NCBI GenBank assembly: GCA_965261735.1 | Contig: OZ253470.1 | Location: 32,001-96,000, forward strand | DNA: 64,000 bases | Source: Alphaproteobacteria bacterium | GTDB taxonomy: Bacteria; Pseudomonadota; Alphaproteobacteria; SHVV01 | Reading direction: 5' to 3' | Shown here: positions 46,347-55,924 of the stretch, one piece after another | Layout of the letters: each line of letters begins with the position of its first letter | How positions within the stretch are numbered: position 1 is the stretch's first letter | Translations under genes and position numbers: made by a program | Notes under the pieces: model-generated | Databases searched by the model: none | Told to the model about the DNA's origin: nothing | Seen by the model: the letters and a program-made list of their open reading frames with translations, nothing else

Positions 46347-47459
46347 TTAGGTCGGGAGGACGCGGGTATCCGGGATACGCCAGCTCACGTCGACCTCGGC
46401 CCCGACCTCGAGACCGCTGGCGAGGTTGTGGGCCGGCATCTCAACCTCGAGCGTGTGCCCGGCGCTCACGGCGACGAGGTACTTCATCATCGTGCCGCCG
46501 TAGACCGCTTCGCGAATCGTCGCCGCGTAGCTGTTGTGGTGCTCCCCTGGCGTCGCACCCTTTGAAAGCTGCAGGCGCTCGGGGCGCACCATAACCCAGA
46601 CCTCGTCGTTGTCCGCGAACGGAGCGGGCTTGGCTACTTCGGCCCGGAGGCTCAGGCCATGATCGGACCTCAGCTGGCACTCGCCGCCCTCGAGGCCGAC
46701 GATACGCGCCTGGAAGAGGTTCGCGTTGCCGAGAAAGCCGGCCACGAAGACGTTGGAAGGGCTCTCGAACAGCTCGCGCGGGGTTCCCACCTGCTGGAGG
46801 CGCCCCTCGTTCATCACGCCGATCCGATCGGACATGCTGATCGCCTCGCCCTGATCGTGCGTCACGTAGAGCGTGGTGATGGCGAGCCGCTTCTGGAGCC
46901 CACGAAGCTCGAGCTGCATCTCCTCGCGCAGCTTGCGGTCGAGGGCGCCAAGGGGTTCGTCCATGAGCACGAGTGGGGGGCTGGCAACCAGCGCCCGCGC
47001 CGTGGCGACGCGCTGCTGCTGGCCGCCGCTGAGCTGTCGCGCGTAGCGCTGGCCGAGGCCCGTGAGGCGCACGAGGTTGAGCATGTCGGTGCCGCGCTTC
47101 TCGATCTCGGCCCGCGCCATCCCGCGCATACGGAGCGGAAACGCGATGTTGTCCTGCACGGTCATGTGCGGGAACAGGGCATAGCTCTGGAACACCATGC
47201 CGATGTTGCGCTTGTTGATGGGTACGTTCGTAATCGGATTATCGTCGACGTAGATCTCGCCGCTGTCGGGCGCGAATACCCCGAGCACCATGTTGAGCAG
47301 GGTCGTCTTTCCCGAGCCGCTCGGCCCGAGGAGCGTCACGAGCTCGCCGCCCGCGACCTCGAGCGAGACGCCGTCGGCGGCGGTCACCGAACCGAATTGC
47401 TTGTTGACGCCCTCAACCTTGAGGCCACCCGAACCCGCCATGCGGCGCGCCTCACTCAC
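46347..47459 (-). CDS. polyamine/opine-type ABC transporter ATP-binding protein (PotA-like)
   Basis: GPSGSGKTT, VFQSYALFPHM, LSGGQQQRVA, DEPLGALD, C-terminal TOBE domain. Confidence 0.92.
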   Translation of the reverse strand: MSEARRMAGSGGLKVEGVNKQFGSVTAADGVSLEVAGGELVTLLGPSGSGKTTLLNMVLGVFAPDSGEIYVDDNPITNVPINKRNIGMVFQSYALFPHMTVQDNIAFPLRMRGMARAEIEKRGTDMLNLVRLTGLGQRYARQLSGGQQQRVATARALVASPPLVLMDEPLGALDRKLREEMQLELRGLQKRLAITTLYVTHDQGEAISMSDRIGVMNEGRLQQVGTPRELFESPSNVFVAGFLGNANLFQARIVGLEGGECQLRSDHGLSLRAEVAKPAPFADNDEVWVMVRPERLQLSKGATPGEHHNSYAATIREAVYGGTMMKYLVAVSAGHTLEVEMPAHNLASGLEVGAEVDVSWRIPDTRVLPT

Positions 47460-48501
47460 CGATACCGGCCCCGGATCGCAAGGGAAGGGCGACCGTCAGC
47501 GTTCCGGTGGTCACGACCATGCCCTCGTTCTTGTCGTTCCAGATATCGAGGTCGATCTCACCCCTGCCATCTTGCACCCTCGTCGCGGTGGCGCGCCCGC
47601 AGAAGCGGAGCATGTCATTTCTATACACGAAGTCGCCGTAGCGATTCCGGATCTTGCGCACCCGGGCGGCTGGGCCGCCCCACGCCTGCGCCAACTGGAT
47701 GAACAGCGCGGTCCGCCACGCCCCCATATCGACGACATCCTTCAAGCCCGCCTTGGCGGCGTACCACGGATCATAGTGCACGGCGGCCGGATCCTCGCCC
47801 GGCGGCGGTAGACCGCCGACCATGACGAAACGAACGAACTGGTCGATGCGGAGCGGTCCCAGCGTGAACGGACCCAGCTCATCGCCGACGGCCACCTCGT
47901 CGAGGAAGCGCTGCGCCTCGAGGGCCGGCCTGTCGTCCACCGGTTCGGCCTCCGATTCGGGCACAGCGACCGTTATCGGGGCCGGCTTGGAGGCAGGCGT
48001 CCGCTGCAAGGCCTCGTCACTCGTGTAGAGCACGCTCGTCTGCCGTTGGATAGCGACCCGCACCGCATTCTGATTCGTGTAGTCGGTCTGGGTGAACACG
48101 AGGAGGAGTGGGCCCAGCGTGTCGCCTCCGGTCTCGCGCACTCCGGTGATGTGCGCCTCCGCGGTGATGCGATCGCCAACGTGGAGGTCGGCTAGGAATT
48201 CGTACTCCTGCTCCCCGAACAGCGAGATGACGTCGGGCGGAAATGTGTACATCTCATAGCTCGGGCCGCGCGCGACCATGTAGATGAAGGAGGGCGGCAC
48301 GCGGAGGCCGTCGTAGCCGGCCGCCTTGGCGGCGGCGGCATCCCAATAGACGGGATCGCGTTCGTCGATGGCATACGCCCAGTTGCGCACGAAGTGCTCG
48401 CTGACCTCGTTGAGGCGCTTGCCGGTAGGCGTAAAGCGCTTGCCTATCTGGGCTCGTATCTCCTCCGCGAGGAGCTTGAGGCCCGAAGCTGACATGGCCA
48501 C
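47452..48501 (-). CDS. double hot-dog (MaoC N-terminal + MaoC) acyl dehydratase
   Basis: N-domain A.AIDERDPVYWD..AA..AGY....PPSF; C-domain EDPAAVHYDP..A..AGL hydratase-2 motif. Confidence 0.75.
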   Translation of the reverse strand: MAMSASGLKLLAEEIRAQIGKRFTPTGKRLNEVSEHFVRNWAYAIDERDPVYWDAAAAKAAGYDGLRVPPSFIYMVARGPSYEMYTFPPDVISLFGEQEYEFLADLHVGDRITAEAHITGVRETGGDTLGPLLLVFTQTDYTNQNAVRVAIQRQTSVLYTSDEALQRTPASKPAPITVAVPESEAEPVDDRPALEAQRFLDEVAVGDELGPFTLGPLRIDQFVRFVMVGGLPPPGEDPAAVHYDPWYAAKAGLKDVVDMGAWRTALFIQLAQAWGGPAARVRKIRNRYGDFVYRNDMLRFCGRATATRVQDGRGEIDLDIWNDKNEGMVVTTGTLTVALPLRSGAGIGE

Positions 48502-48527
48502 CCCCGTTCGCTGCGATTACGGCGCGG

Positions 48528-49406
48528 CTATCGTCGCGGTCGACGCGCGGGCGGTTCGGCCGATGCCGTGCGGTCGCGCCACTTCACCGCCGCCTGCGCC
48601 CCGCGATCGCGCCGAATACGCGCCCACTCCTGAAACCCTCCCTCGGTCAGGGCCGAGAGTACGTTGGCATCGTAGGCCGCTTCCATCGCCTCTCGTAGCC
48701 CGGCCGCCTCGAACGCGCGGTTCACGGTCCGTTTGCCGAAATAGGCGGCCTCCGGCGGCAGGTCCACGAGCGTCGCCACCATATCGCCAACGGCGCCCTC
48801 CAACTCGCCCACCGGCACGGCTTGGTTGATCAACCCCGCCTCCTCCGCTTCGGCGGCGGACAGCGGGCGCCCGAGGAGGACAAGTTCCTTGGTTTTCCTA
48901 AGGCCGACGGTCCACGGCAGCAGACCCAGAGCAATGGCACCAAAGCGCGCCTCGGGGAGGCTGAAGACGGTGTCGTCGTCGGCCACGGCGAAGTCACAGG
49001 CGCTCGCCATGATGAGCGCGGCACCGACGCAGTGGCCGTGGATCTGGGCGACAACGGGCTTTTCCAGATCCCAGATCGCGTCCATCCATTGCGCCGTGTA
49101 GTAGCGGCGGTAACGCTTGCTCATGGCGAGCCCGTCCTCGGCCATCACCCACCCGTTCTCGGCCGGGTCATCGGTAATGTCGGCGCCCGAACAAAACGCG
49201 CGGCCGGCGCCCCGGAGCACGACGGCGCGAACCTCGTCGTCGGCCTCGGCACGCTTCAGCGCCGCGCACAGATCGGCGCGCAGTTGATTGTTGAGCGCAT
49301 TGAGCTTGCGCGGACGATTGAGCGTGATGCGCGCCGCGCCGCCCGCGGTTTGGTACAAAACCGTGGCGTACCGCTTGCGCTTGGCGCTCTGGCTGGCGCG
49401 GCTCAA
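48528..49406 (-). CDS. enoyl-CoA hydratase/isomerase (crotonase) family protein
   Basis: ITLNRPRKLNALN, GAGRAFCSGAD, KPVVAQIHG, SLPEARFG. Confidence 0.88.
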   Translation of the reverse strand: MSRASQSAKRKRYATVLYQTAGGAARITLNRPRKLNALNNQLRADLCAALKRAEADDEVRAVVLRGAGRAFCSGADITDDPAENGWVMAEDGLAMSKRYRRYYTAQWMDAIWDLEKPVVAQIHGHCVGAALIMASACDFAVADDDTVFSLPEARFGAIALGLLPWTVGLRKTKELVLLGRPLSAAEAEEAGLINQAVPVGELEGAVGDMVATLVDLPPEAAYFGKRTVNRAFEAAGLREAMEAAYDANVLSALTEGGFQEWARIRRDRGAQAAVKWRDRTASAEPPARRPRR

Positions 49407-49422
49407 GAGCAGCCCCGCGCTC

Positions 49423-49632
49423 TCAGTCCGAATTGGCTTCGACGACGATGGCGCCGGTCGGGCACAGGGCTTCCGACTCGCGCGCGAGAGCCACGTGCTC
49501 CGGCGCCGGCGATCCGATCAACACCCGCGTCGGCCCGTCGTCGTCGGCGCGACCGAACAGGGTGGGCGCGAGCTGGATGCAGTACTCGGTCTTGTGACAC
49601 CTCATCGGATCGATCCGGATTCTCAGGCTCAT
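49423..49632 (-). CDS. P450-associated ferredoxin, probably [3Fe-4S]
   Basis: C-x2-T-x2-C...AP..F...CPTGAI; overlaps the P450 stop. Confidence 0.82.
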   Translation of the reverse strand: MSLRIRIDPMRCHKTEYCIQLAPTLFGRADDDGPTRVLIGSPAPEHVALARESEALCPTGAIVVEANSD

Positions 49633-50855
49633 GGAGAGTCGAGGCGGATCGGAAAGACCGCATAGTTGCCCTGCGGATTGTCGGGCTTGCGCTGCGCCGG
49701 GAGATCGGGATCGGGCCGCATCCCGGCTTGGTACAGCTCGTGGAGGATGCGGACCATCAGCCCCGGCGCCGCCGCGCCAGCCTCACCGACGGCGAAGCCC
49801 TGGCCGATACACGTGTGGGCCCCGCCACCGAAAGTCAGGCCATAGGGTTGGGCGCCCACCGCGCGTCGACGCGGGATTCGGAAGCTGTCAGCCTCGGCGC
49901 CGAAGACTTGCCCATCCCTGTTGGCGGCCGCGAAATCGAGCAAGATGTGCTCCCCGGCGCGCATGGCCCGGCCCGTCGACAACACGGTGTCACGTTGCGT
50001 GACCCGGTGCTTCGGCGGCCCCGGTGGATGGAGGCGCAGGCCCTCGCACACGGCGTCGCGCAGGAAGCCCATGTCGCGGAGTTTGGCGATATCCGCCGGG
50101 CGCCGCTCGATCCAGGCGGCGAGTTCAACAACGATGTGCGGTAGAGCGTTGGTCGGCGAAAAGAGCCCGCCGGTGAGGTACATCATCGCTTCGCGAACCG
50201 CGAGGTCATCGTCCCACTCTTCGAAATAGTGCCGATCGCGGATGATGAGCGTGAGCAGGTCGTCCGGGTGCGCGCCCGGATCGCCGTCCTCGGCCGCCAC
50301 GAGGGCCAACCGCCGCGACCAGGACGGCTTGAAATAGCACTCGACGAAGCGGCGCTTGGCCGCGAGCGCTTCGCGCATCACCCGGGTGCCCTCGCGCGGC
50401 GACCAGTGCACGTGGCTGCCCTCGGTGATCAACTCGGCGTCGCCATAGAACTCGGTGGCGGCCGCGAGCCGGTCGAGACCGTCAATCCCGGCGATCGCGG
50501 CCGAAACCGCAAGGTACATCGGCCTCACGAGAGCTTGCAGGTCCGCACGGACCACCCCATCGGCGCCAGGCGATGCTCGGCAGGCCTCGAGCCCGCGGCG
50601 GATGGCCGGGAGCAGCACCCGGCCGTCGTAATCGGCGAGAGCCTCCTTACGGAACAGGACCGCCTCGAGGCGTCGGCGCTCGAAGTGCTCACGGCCTTCG
50701 AGCGCCGTCAGGGTATGCGCCCGGAAGGGTGCGTTCGTGCCCTGCCCCCACCCGGGGGCAAAGTCCTTCGACTTAAAGATCTCCTCGACTTCGACGAAGG
50801 ACGTGACCAGGGTCATGTCCGCGAATGCGGGGTCGGCCATGCCCTGGGCGCTCAT
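49629..50855 (-). CDS. cytochrome P450
   Basis: K-helix EGLRLHPP, AANRD..VFG, heme ligand FGGGAHTCIG. Confidence 0.9.
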   Translation of the reverse strand: MSAQGMADPAFADMTLVTSFVEVEEIFKSKDFAPGWGQGTNAPFRAHTLTALEGREHFERRRLEAVLFRKEALADYDGRVLLPAIRRGLEACRASPGADGVVRADLQALVRPMYLAVSAAIAGIDGLDRLAAATEFYGDAELITEGSHVHWSPREGTRVMREALAAKRRFVECYFKPSWSRRLALVAAEDGDPGAHPDDLLTLIIRDRHYFEEWDDDLAVREAMMYLTGGLFSPTNALPHIVVELAAWIERRPADIAKLRDMGFLRDAVCEGLRLHPPGPPKHRVTQRDTVLSTGRAMRAGEHILLDFAAANRDGQVFGAEADSFRIPRRRAVGAQPYGLTFGGGAHTCIGQGFAVGEAGAAAPGLMVRILHELYQAGMRPDPDLPAQRKPDNPQGNYAVFPIRLDSP

Positions 50856-50907
50856 CCCCTCGTCGAAGCCGCGGGATCGACCATTATGCGCGCGCGGCTT
50901 CCTCGCC

Positions 50908-51990
50908 TCAGCGGGTCCGCCACTCGTTCCAGCGAGTCCGGATCTCGGAGAGCCGCGGGCTGTACCACTCGGGATCGATGACGACCGTGGTCTTCACGTA
51001 CTCCGGCGCGGTCGACAGGATGGCGCGCACCTTGGGATCGATGAACTTGTGCGCGTTGAGATTGGAGACGGCGTAGTAGGAGCGGCTGGCGTAGGTGCCC
51101 TGCGCCTCGGCCGTTCCGCAGTAGCCGATCACGTGAGACGCATTCTGGGGGTGCTTGGCGCCCTTCGGAATGACCATCATGCTGCCGAAATCGCGGATGT
51201 GGGTCTCGGGTACGATCTGGAACGGCGCCCCTTGAACGACGGCGTCCCACCCGCGGCCGGTCCACGCCGAGATGAGATCGACTTCCTTGCGCAGCATGGC
51301 CTGCGTCTGGACCGCGCCCTTTTCGTACCAGAAGGTTACATGAGGCTTGAGCTCGTCGAGCTTCTTGAAGATGCGGTCGAGGTCCATGGGATAGGTCTTG
51401 TCGGGCGGAATGCCGAGCGCGCGCGAGGCGGCCTCGAAATTGCCGTTGGTGCGGGCGCGGGCGTCGATGCCGCGCGGCCCGGGGAACTTTTTCGCGTCCC
51501 AGAAGTCGGCCCACGTCTTGGGGTGATTGTCGCCCGGCCACTTCTCCTTGTTGTAGAACATGACCCAGCCGAAGGTATCGAAGGTGATCGCGTAATCACC
51601 CCACTTGTGCTGGTACTGGTTGGGGGTGAGCGTGCTCTTGTCGATGACGCTGTAGTCGAGCTTCTCGAGGTAGCCGCCTTCGATCGCCGCGGCGATCTCG
51701 GAGGACGGAAGCTTGGAGGTATCGAACTGCGGCGTGCCCGCCTTGACCTGCGCCACGATCTGCCCCAATGCCGCACGCCCCTCGGAGTAGATAACCTTGA
51801 TGCCGGTCTCTTTCTCGAACTTATTGAGGCACGCTTCCTCGTGTCCGAGCCGCGACATGCCGCCGCCGGCCACCCAAATGACCTCCGGGTCTTCGGCCGA
51901 GCGCGCCGACTCCACCGGAAACGCAGCCACAACCGCAGCCGCCGAGGCACCGGCGATGAATACCTTGAGCAAGCTTCGTTTACTGGTCAT
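50908..51990 (-). CDS. ABC transporter substrate-binding protein (PotD/PotF-like)
   Basis: Signal peptide, FEKETGIKV, LEKLDYS, P.TWADFWD.KKFPG.R, YPMDLDR.F.KLDELKP; strong GGGAGGAGG RBS. Confidence 0.9.
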   Translation of the reverse strand: MTSKRSLLKVFIAGASAAAVVAAFPVESARSAEDPEVIWVAGGGMSRLGHEEACLNKFEKETGIKVIYSEGRAALGQIVAQVKAGTPQFDTSKLPSSEIAAAIEGGYLEKLDYSVIDKSTLTPNQYQHKWGDYAITFDTFGWVMFYNKEKWPGDNHPKTWADFWDAKKFPGPRGIDARARTNGNFEAASRALGIPPDKTYPMDLDRIFKKLDELKPHVTFWYEKGAVQTQAMLRKEVDLISAWTGRGWDAVVQGAPFQIVPETHIRDFGSMMVIPKGAKHPQNASHVIGYCGTAEAQGTYASRSYYAVSNLNAHKFIDPKVRAILSTAPEYVKTTVVIDPEWYSPRLSEIRTRWNEWRTR

Positions 51991-52088
51991 GTTTTGACCC
52001 TCCTCCCTTGTGTTGCGGCGCCGAGTTTAGGCTTGAAGCGCCGGCTTTGCCAGTCTCGCCATTACGCAGCCAGGGCGCGCGCGACTCT

Positions 52089-52430
52089 CTACCGTGGCTC
52101 GATCTCTTGAACGGGGCGCAGGAACTCCCGATCGCTGATCCCGCCGGGGCCGATGACGTAGTACCAGCCGTCGCGCGCCGCTAGCCGCACCGATTGGCCG
52201 AGAACGCTCACGAGCTTTCCCTTCTCGCGGAATGTGACACCGACGATGGGCCCGAGATCGGCGCCGCGGGCAGCCTGATCGCCGAAGAGGTTATAGGCGC
52301 GCTTGCCGATCGCCCCGCAATAGGGCCCGCCAGGGTCGCGCAGGCACGCGTTGGAAAACGCCAACGCCGGCCCGGCCAGGAGCAGGAGGAGCACCACGAC
52401 GCAATAGCTCGCTCTCGACGCGATCCTCAT
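52089..52430 (-). CDS. small secreted hypothetical protein
   Basis: Signal peptide ending ALA; two Cys after the cleavage site; fills the gap between tRNA and SBP gene. Confidence 0.5.
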   Translation of the reverse strand: MRIASRASYCVVVLLLLLAGPALAFSNACLRDPGGPYCGAIGKRAYNLFGDQAARGADLGPIVGVTFREKGKLVSVLGQSVRLAARDGWYYVIGPGGISDREFLRPVQEIEPR

Positions 52431-52461
52431 CGCCGGCCTTCCGCACAGGTGGCTGGACGTC

Positions 52462-52537
52462 TGGTAGGCGCGCCCGGACTCGAACCGGGGACCCTCTGAT
52501 TAAAAGTCAGATGCTCTGCCAGCTGAGCTACGCGCCC
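52462..52537 (-). tRNA. tRNA-Lys (TTT)
   Basis: Reverse complement GGGCGCGTAGCTCAGCTGGCAGAGCATCTGACTTTTAATCAGAGGGTCCCCGGTTCGAGTCCGGGCGCGCCTACCA: 76 nt. Confidence 0.97.
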
Positions 52538-52609
52538 CTGGAAAACGCCCTCGCGCGGCACCATAGGCAGCACCCCGGAGCCGGTCAACTCGCACACCAG
52601 GCGAGGCGC

Positions 52610-53752
52610 TCACGGCGCGCCGATATCGCCACGGGCCTGTTCGGTGCTGAAGGTGTCGGCGAAGGCGGCGAAACCGCCCACCTCGATGGCGGCGCGCAGG
52701 TCCGCCATCAGGTCCTGGTAGTAAGTTAGGTTGTGCCGGGTGAGCAGGATCGGCCCGAGCATCTCGCGCGCCCGGAACAGGTGGTGGAGGTAGGCGCGGC
52801 TGTGGCCGGTGCAGGTCGGGCATGAGCACGTCGAATCGAGGGGCCGTGCATCGGCGGCGTGGCGTGCGTTGCGCAAGGCGACGGGACCGCGCCGCGTAAA
52901 GGCCTGGCCGGTGCGGCCCGAGCGCGTCGGCAGCACGCAGTCGAACAGGTCGATGCCGCGCGCCACGGCGGCGGCGACGTCGGCCGGCTTGCCCACCCCC
53001 ATGAGATAGCGCGGCTTGTGCGCGGGCAGCTGAGGCGCGGTATCCGCGACCACGCGGAGCATCGCGTCGGTTCCTTCGCCCACGGCGAGGCCGCCGAGCG
53101 CGTAGCCGTCGAAGTTCATGTCGACGAGCCGGGCGGCGCACTCGGCACGGAGCGCGGGAAAGACGCCACCTTGAACGATGCCGAACAGAGCACCCGGGGC
53201 GCGGTCGCCGCCCAAGGCCGCGAGGCAGCGCTCGGCCCAGGCGAGCGTGAGCCGCATCGAGTCGCGCGCCTGGTCCTCGGTCACCGGAAAGGGCGTGCAC
53301 TCGTCGAGCGCCATGGCGATATCGACGCCGAGCAGTCCCTGGATTTCGATACATCGCTCGGGCGAGAGCTCGTGGCGGCTGCCGTCGAGGTGGGAGCGAA
53401 AGACGACGCCGTGCGCCGACAACTCGCGCAGGCTTGCCAGCGACATCACCTGATAGCCGCCCGAATCGGTCAGCAGCGGCCCGTCCCAGTTCATGAAGCG
53501 ATGCAGGCCGCCGAGCGCCGCGATCGTCTCGGCGCCGGGGCGTAGCATCAGGTGGTAGGTGTTGGCGAGGACGATCTCCGCCCCGGTCTGCTTGAGGGCG
53601 GAGGGCGTCATCGCCTTGACGGTGGCGGCGGTACCTACCGGCATGAACGCGGGCGTCCGCACGATGCCGTGCGCGGTGCCGAGCCGCCCGGTACGCGCCT
53701 CGCCATCACGCGCCACGAGCTCGAAGCTCAGGCCCGCGGACCCCTGGGTCAT
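52610..53752 (-). CDS. tgt: tRNA-guanine transglycosylase
   Basis: [54 protein letters not shown]. Start at MTQGS. Confidence 0.97.
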   Translation of the reverse strand: MTQGSAGLSFELVARDGEARTGRLGTAHGIVRTPAFMPVGTAATVKAMTPSALKQTGAEIVLANTYHLMLRPGAETIAALGGLHRFMNWDGPLLTDSGGYQVMSLASLRELSAHGVVFRSHLDGSRHELSPERCIEIQGLLGVDIAMALDECTPFPVTEDQARDSMRLTLAWAERCLAALGGDRAPGALFGIVQGGVFPALRAECAARLVDMNFDGYALGGLAVGEGTDAMLRVVADTAPQLPAHKPRYLMGVGKPADVAAAVARGIDLFDCVLPTRSGRTGQAFTRRGPVALRNARHAADARPLDSTCSCPTCTGHSRAYLHHLFRAREMLGPILLTRHNLTYYQDLMADLRAAIEVGGFAAFADTFSTEQARGDIGAP

Positions 53753-54786
53753 TCCCCGGCCCGCCGAAGAAGACAGGCATCGCCGTAGGAGTAGAAGCGG
53801 TAGGAGTGGGCCTTGGCGTACGTATATGCCCGCTTCATGCGCGCCAACCCGGCAAAGGCCGCGACGAGCATGAACAGCGTCGATCGCGGCAGGTGGAAAT
53901 TGGTGAGTAGGCGATCGGCCGCCTTGAAGCGGTAGCCGGGCGTGATGAACAGGTCCGTCTCGCCGTCGAACGGGCGGACGATGCCGTCTGCCCCGGCGGC
54001 GCTTTCCAGCAGGCGCAGGCTCGTCGTGCCGACGGCGACGATGCTGCCGCCGGCTTCGCGCGCCCTGTTGATGGCCTGCGCCGCAGCCGCATCGAGCCGA
54101 CCCCATTCGCCCGGTAGATGGTGCTCTTCGGTATCCTCGGCGGTGACCGGAAGGAACGTGCCGGCCCCCACGTGCAAGGTCACGCGCGCCTGGCCAACCC
54201 CGCGCCGACCGAGCTCGCGGAGCAACCGCTTCGTGAAGTGCAACCCCGCCGTCGGCGCGGCGACAGCACCCTCGCGAGTCGCGAATACGGTTTGATAGTC
54301 GCGGCGGTCGCGGGCATCCGGTGCGCGACGGCGCGCGATGTAGGGGGGTAGCGGCACGCTGCCGTGGCGCTTCAACGCCGCGTCAAGCGACGCACCCGCG
54401 CGGTTGAAGCACAGCGTGCGCGAGCCGCCCGCACCTGTGGCGACGACGGCCGCGTGCAGATCCGACGCGAAGACGAGCTCGGTTCCGAGACGCACTTTGC
54501 GCGCGGGTCTCGCGAAGGCCTCCCAGCGTGCCGGCGCCGTGGGCTTGTACAGCATCACCTCGACCGCGCCACCACCCGGAAGCCGGCCCTCCAGGAGCGC
54601 CGGGATCACGCGGGTGTCGTTGAATACGAGAACGTCGCCCGGCGTGAGAAGGCCGGGCAGATCGCGTACCACGCGATCCTCGAACTCTCCCTCAACCACG
54701 AGCAGCTTTGCCGCATCGCGTGGCGAGGTGGGGCGCAGCGCGATGCGCCTGCGCGGCAGATCGAAGTCGAAGAGGGCGACTTTCAT
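53749..54786 (-). CDS. queA: S-adenosylmethionine:tRNA ribosyltransferase-isomerase
   Basis: [56 protein letters not shown]. Start at MKVAL. Confidence 0.97.
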   Translation of the reverse strand: MKVALFDFDLPRRRIALRPTSPRDAAKLLVVEGEFEDRVVRDLPGLLTPGDVLVFNDTRVIPALLEGRLPGGGAVEVMLYKPTAPARWEAFARPARKVRLGTELVFASDLHAAVVATGAGGSRTLCFNRAGASLDAALKRHGSVPLPPYIARRRAPDARDRRDYQTVFATREGAVAAPTAGLHFTKRLLRELGRRGVGQARVTLHVGAGTFLPVTAEDTEEHHLPGEWGRLDAAAAQAINRAREAGGSIVAVGTTSLRLLESAAGADGIVRPFDGETDLFITPGYRFKAADRLLTNFHLPRSTLFMLVAAFAGLARMKRAYTYAKAHSYRFYSYGDACLLRRAGE

Positions 54787-54830
54787 TGCCGGGGGGGGCC
54801 GCGCGACGCTCGGGCCGTGCGCCGGGTGGA

Positions 54831-55382
54831 TTACTCTGCGACGTCCGAAGCCACGCGAATACGGATGATGCGGTCGGGATCGGTCACCCGCCCATTGCGC
54901 CCCCGATCGCCGCGCTTGATGCCGTCGACGAGCGACATGCCCTCGATCACCTTGCCCCACACCGTGTATTTACGGTCGAGGCTGCGTGCCGGCGCGAACA
55001 TGATGAAGAACTGGCTATCGGCGCTGTTCGGGTTGTTGCTGCGCGCCATGGATACGATGCCGCGGACATGACGCTCGTCGGAAAACTCGGCCTTGAGCTT
55101 GTGGCCGGAGCCGCCGGAGCCGGTGCCGGTGGGGTCGCCCGTTTGCGCCATGAAGCCTTCGATCACACGGTGGAACGGGGCACCGTCATAAAAGCCCTGG
55201 CGGACCAGCTCCTTGATGCGCGCGACATGCCGGGGCGCCAGGTCGGGCCTGGTTTCGATAATCACCTCGCCGGAGGCGAGCTCGAGAATCAGCAGATCCT
55301 CGCGATCGGCGGCGCGCGCTGTCGCGGAACTCAATCCGACCATCAAAATAACCGCAAAGAAAACAAGACTTGATCTGCCCAT
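54831..55382 (-). CDS. cyclophilin-type peptidyl-prolyl cis-trans isomerase (secreted)
   Basis: [32 protein letters not shown]; signal peptide. Confidence 0.95.
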   Translation of the reverse strand: MGRSSLVFFAVILMVGLSSATARAADREDLLILELASGEVIIETRPDLAPRHVARIKELVRQGFYDGAPFHRVIEGFMAQTGDPTGTGSGGSGHKLKAEFSDERHVRGIVSMARSNNPNSADSQFFIMFAPARSLDRKYTVWGKVIEGMSLVDGIKRGDRGRNGRVTDPDRIIRIRVASDVAE

Positions 55383-55391
55383 ATGTCCTCC

Positions 55392-55913
55392 TCAGCGCCG
55401 CGCGGCTCGCTTGGCGCCAATCGCCAGATGGCTGGCGATGTGCGATGCCACGTTGGCCGGGACGAAGCCGCTTACGTCACCACCCAGGCGCGCGATCTCC
55501 TTGACCAGGCGCGACGAGATGAACTGGTGCCGCTCCGAGGCCATGAGGAACACGGTATCTATGGACGGATCGAGGCGTGCGTTCATGCCGACCATCTGGA
55601 ACTCGATGTCGAAATCGGAGACGGCCCGCAGGCCGCGTACGATAACCCCGGCGCCCATCTCCGCGGCGAATTGCGTGAGCAGATTGTCGAAAGGCTGCAC
55701 CTCGATCGCGGCAGCGCCGTTGAGGGGCGTCACCTCTGCGCGTACCAGCGCGACGCGGTCCTCGAGGCTGAACATCGGGTTCTTGTCGTTGTTGACGGCG
55801 ACGCCGATGATCAGGCGATCGACCAGCCTAGAGGCGCGCGTGATGATGTCGGCATGACCGTTGGTGATGGGATCGAATGTCCCCGGATAAACGCCCACGA
55901 GTGCCTTGGCCAC
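55392..55913 (-). CDS. coaD: phosphopantetheine adenylyltransferase
   Basis: YPGTFDPITNGH, RGLRAVSDF, ISSRLVKEIA. GTG start at 55913. Confidence 0.97.
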   Translation of the reverse strand: MAKALVGVYPGTFDPITNGHADIITRASRLVDRLIIGVAVNNDKNPMFSLEDRVALVRAEVTPLNGAAAIEVQPFDNLLTQFAAEMGAGVIVRGLRAVSDFDIEFQMVGMNARLDPSIDTVFLMASERHQFISSRLVKEIARLGGDVSGFVPANVASHIASHLAIGAKRAARR

Positions 55914-55924
55914 GCGATCCTCCC

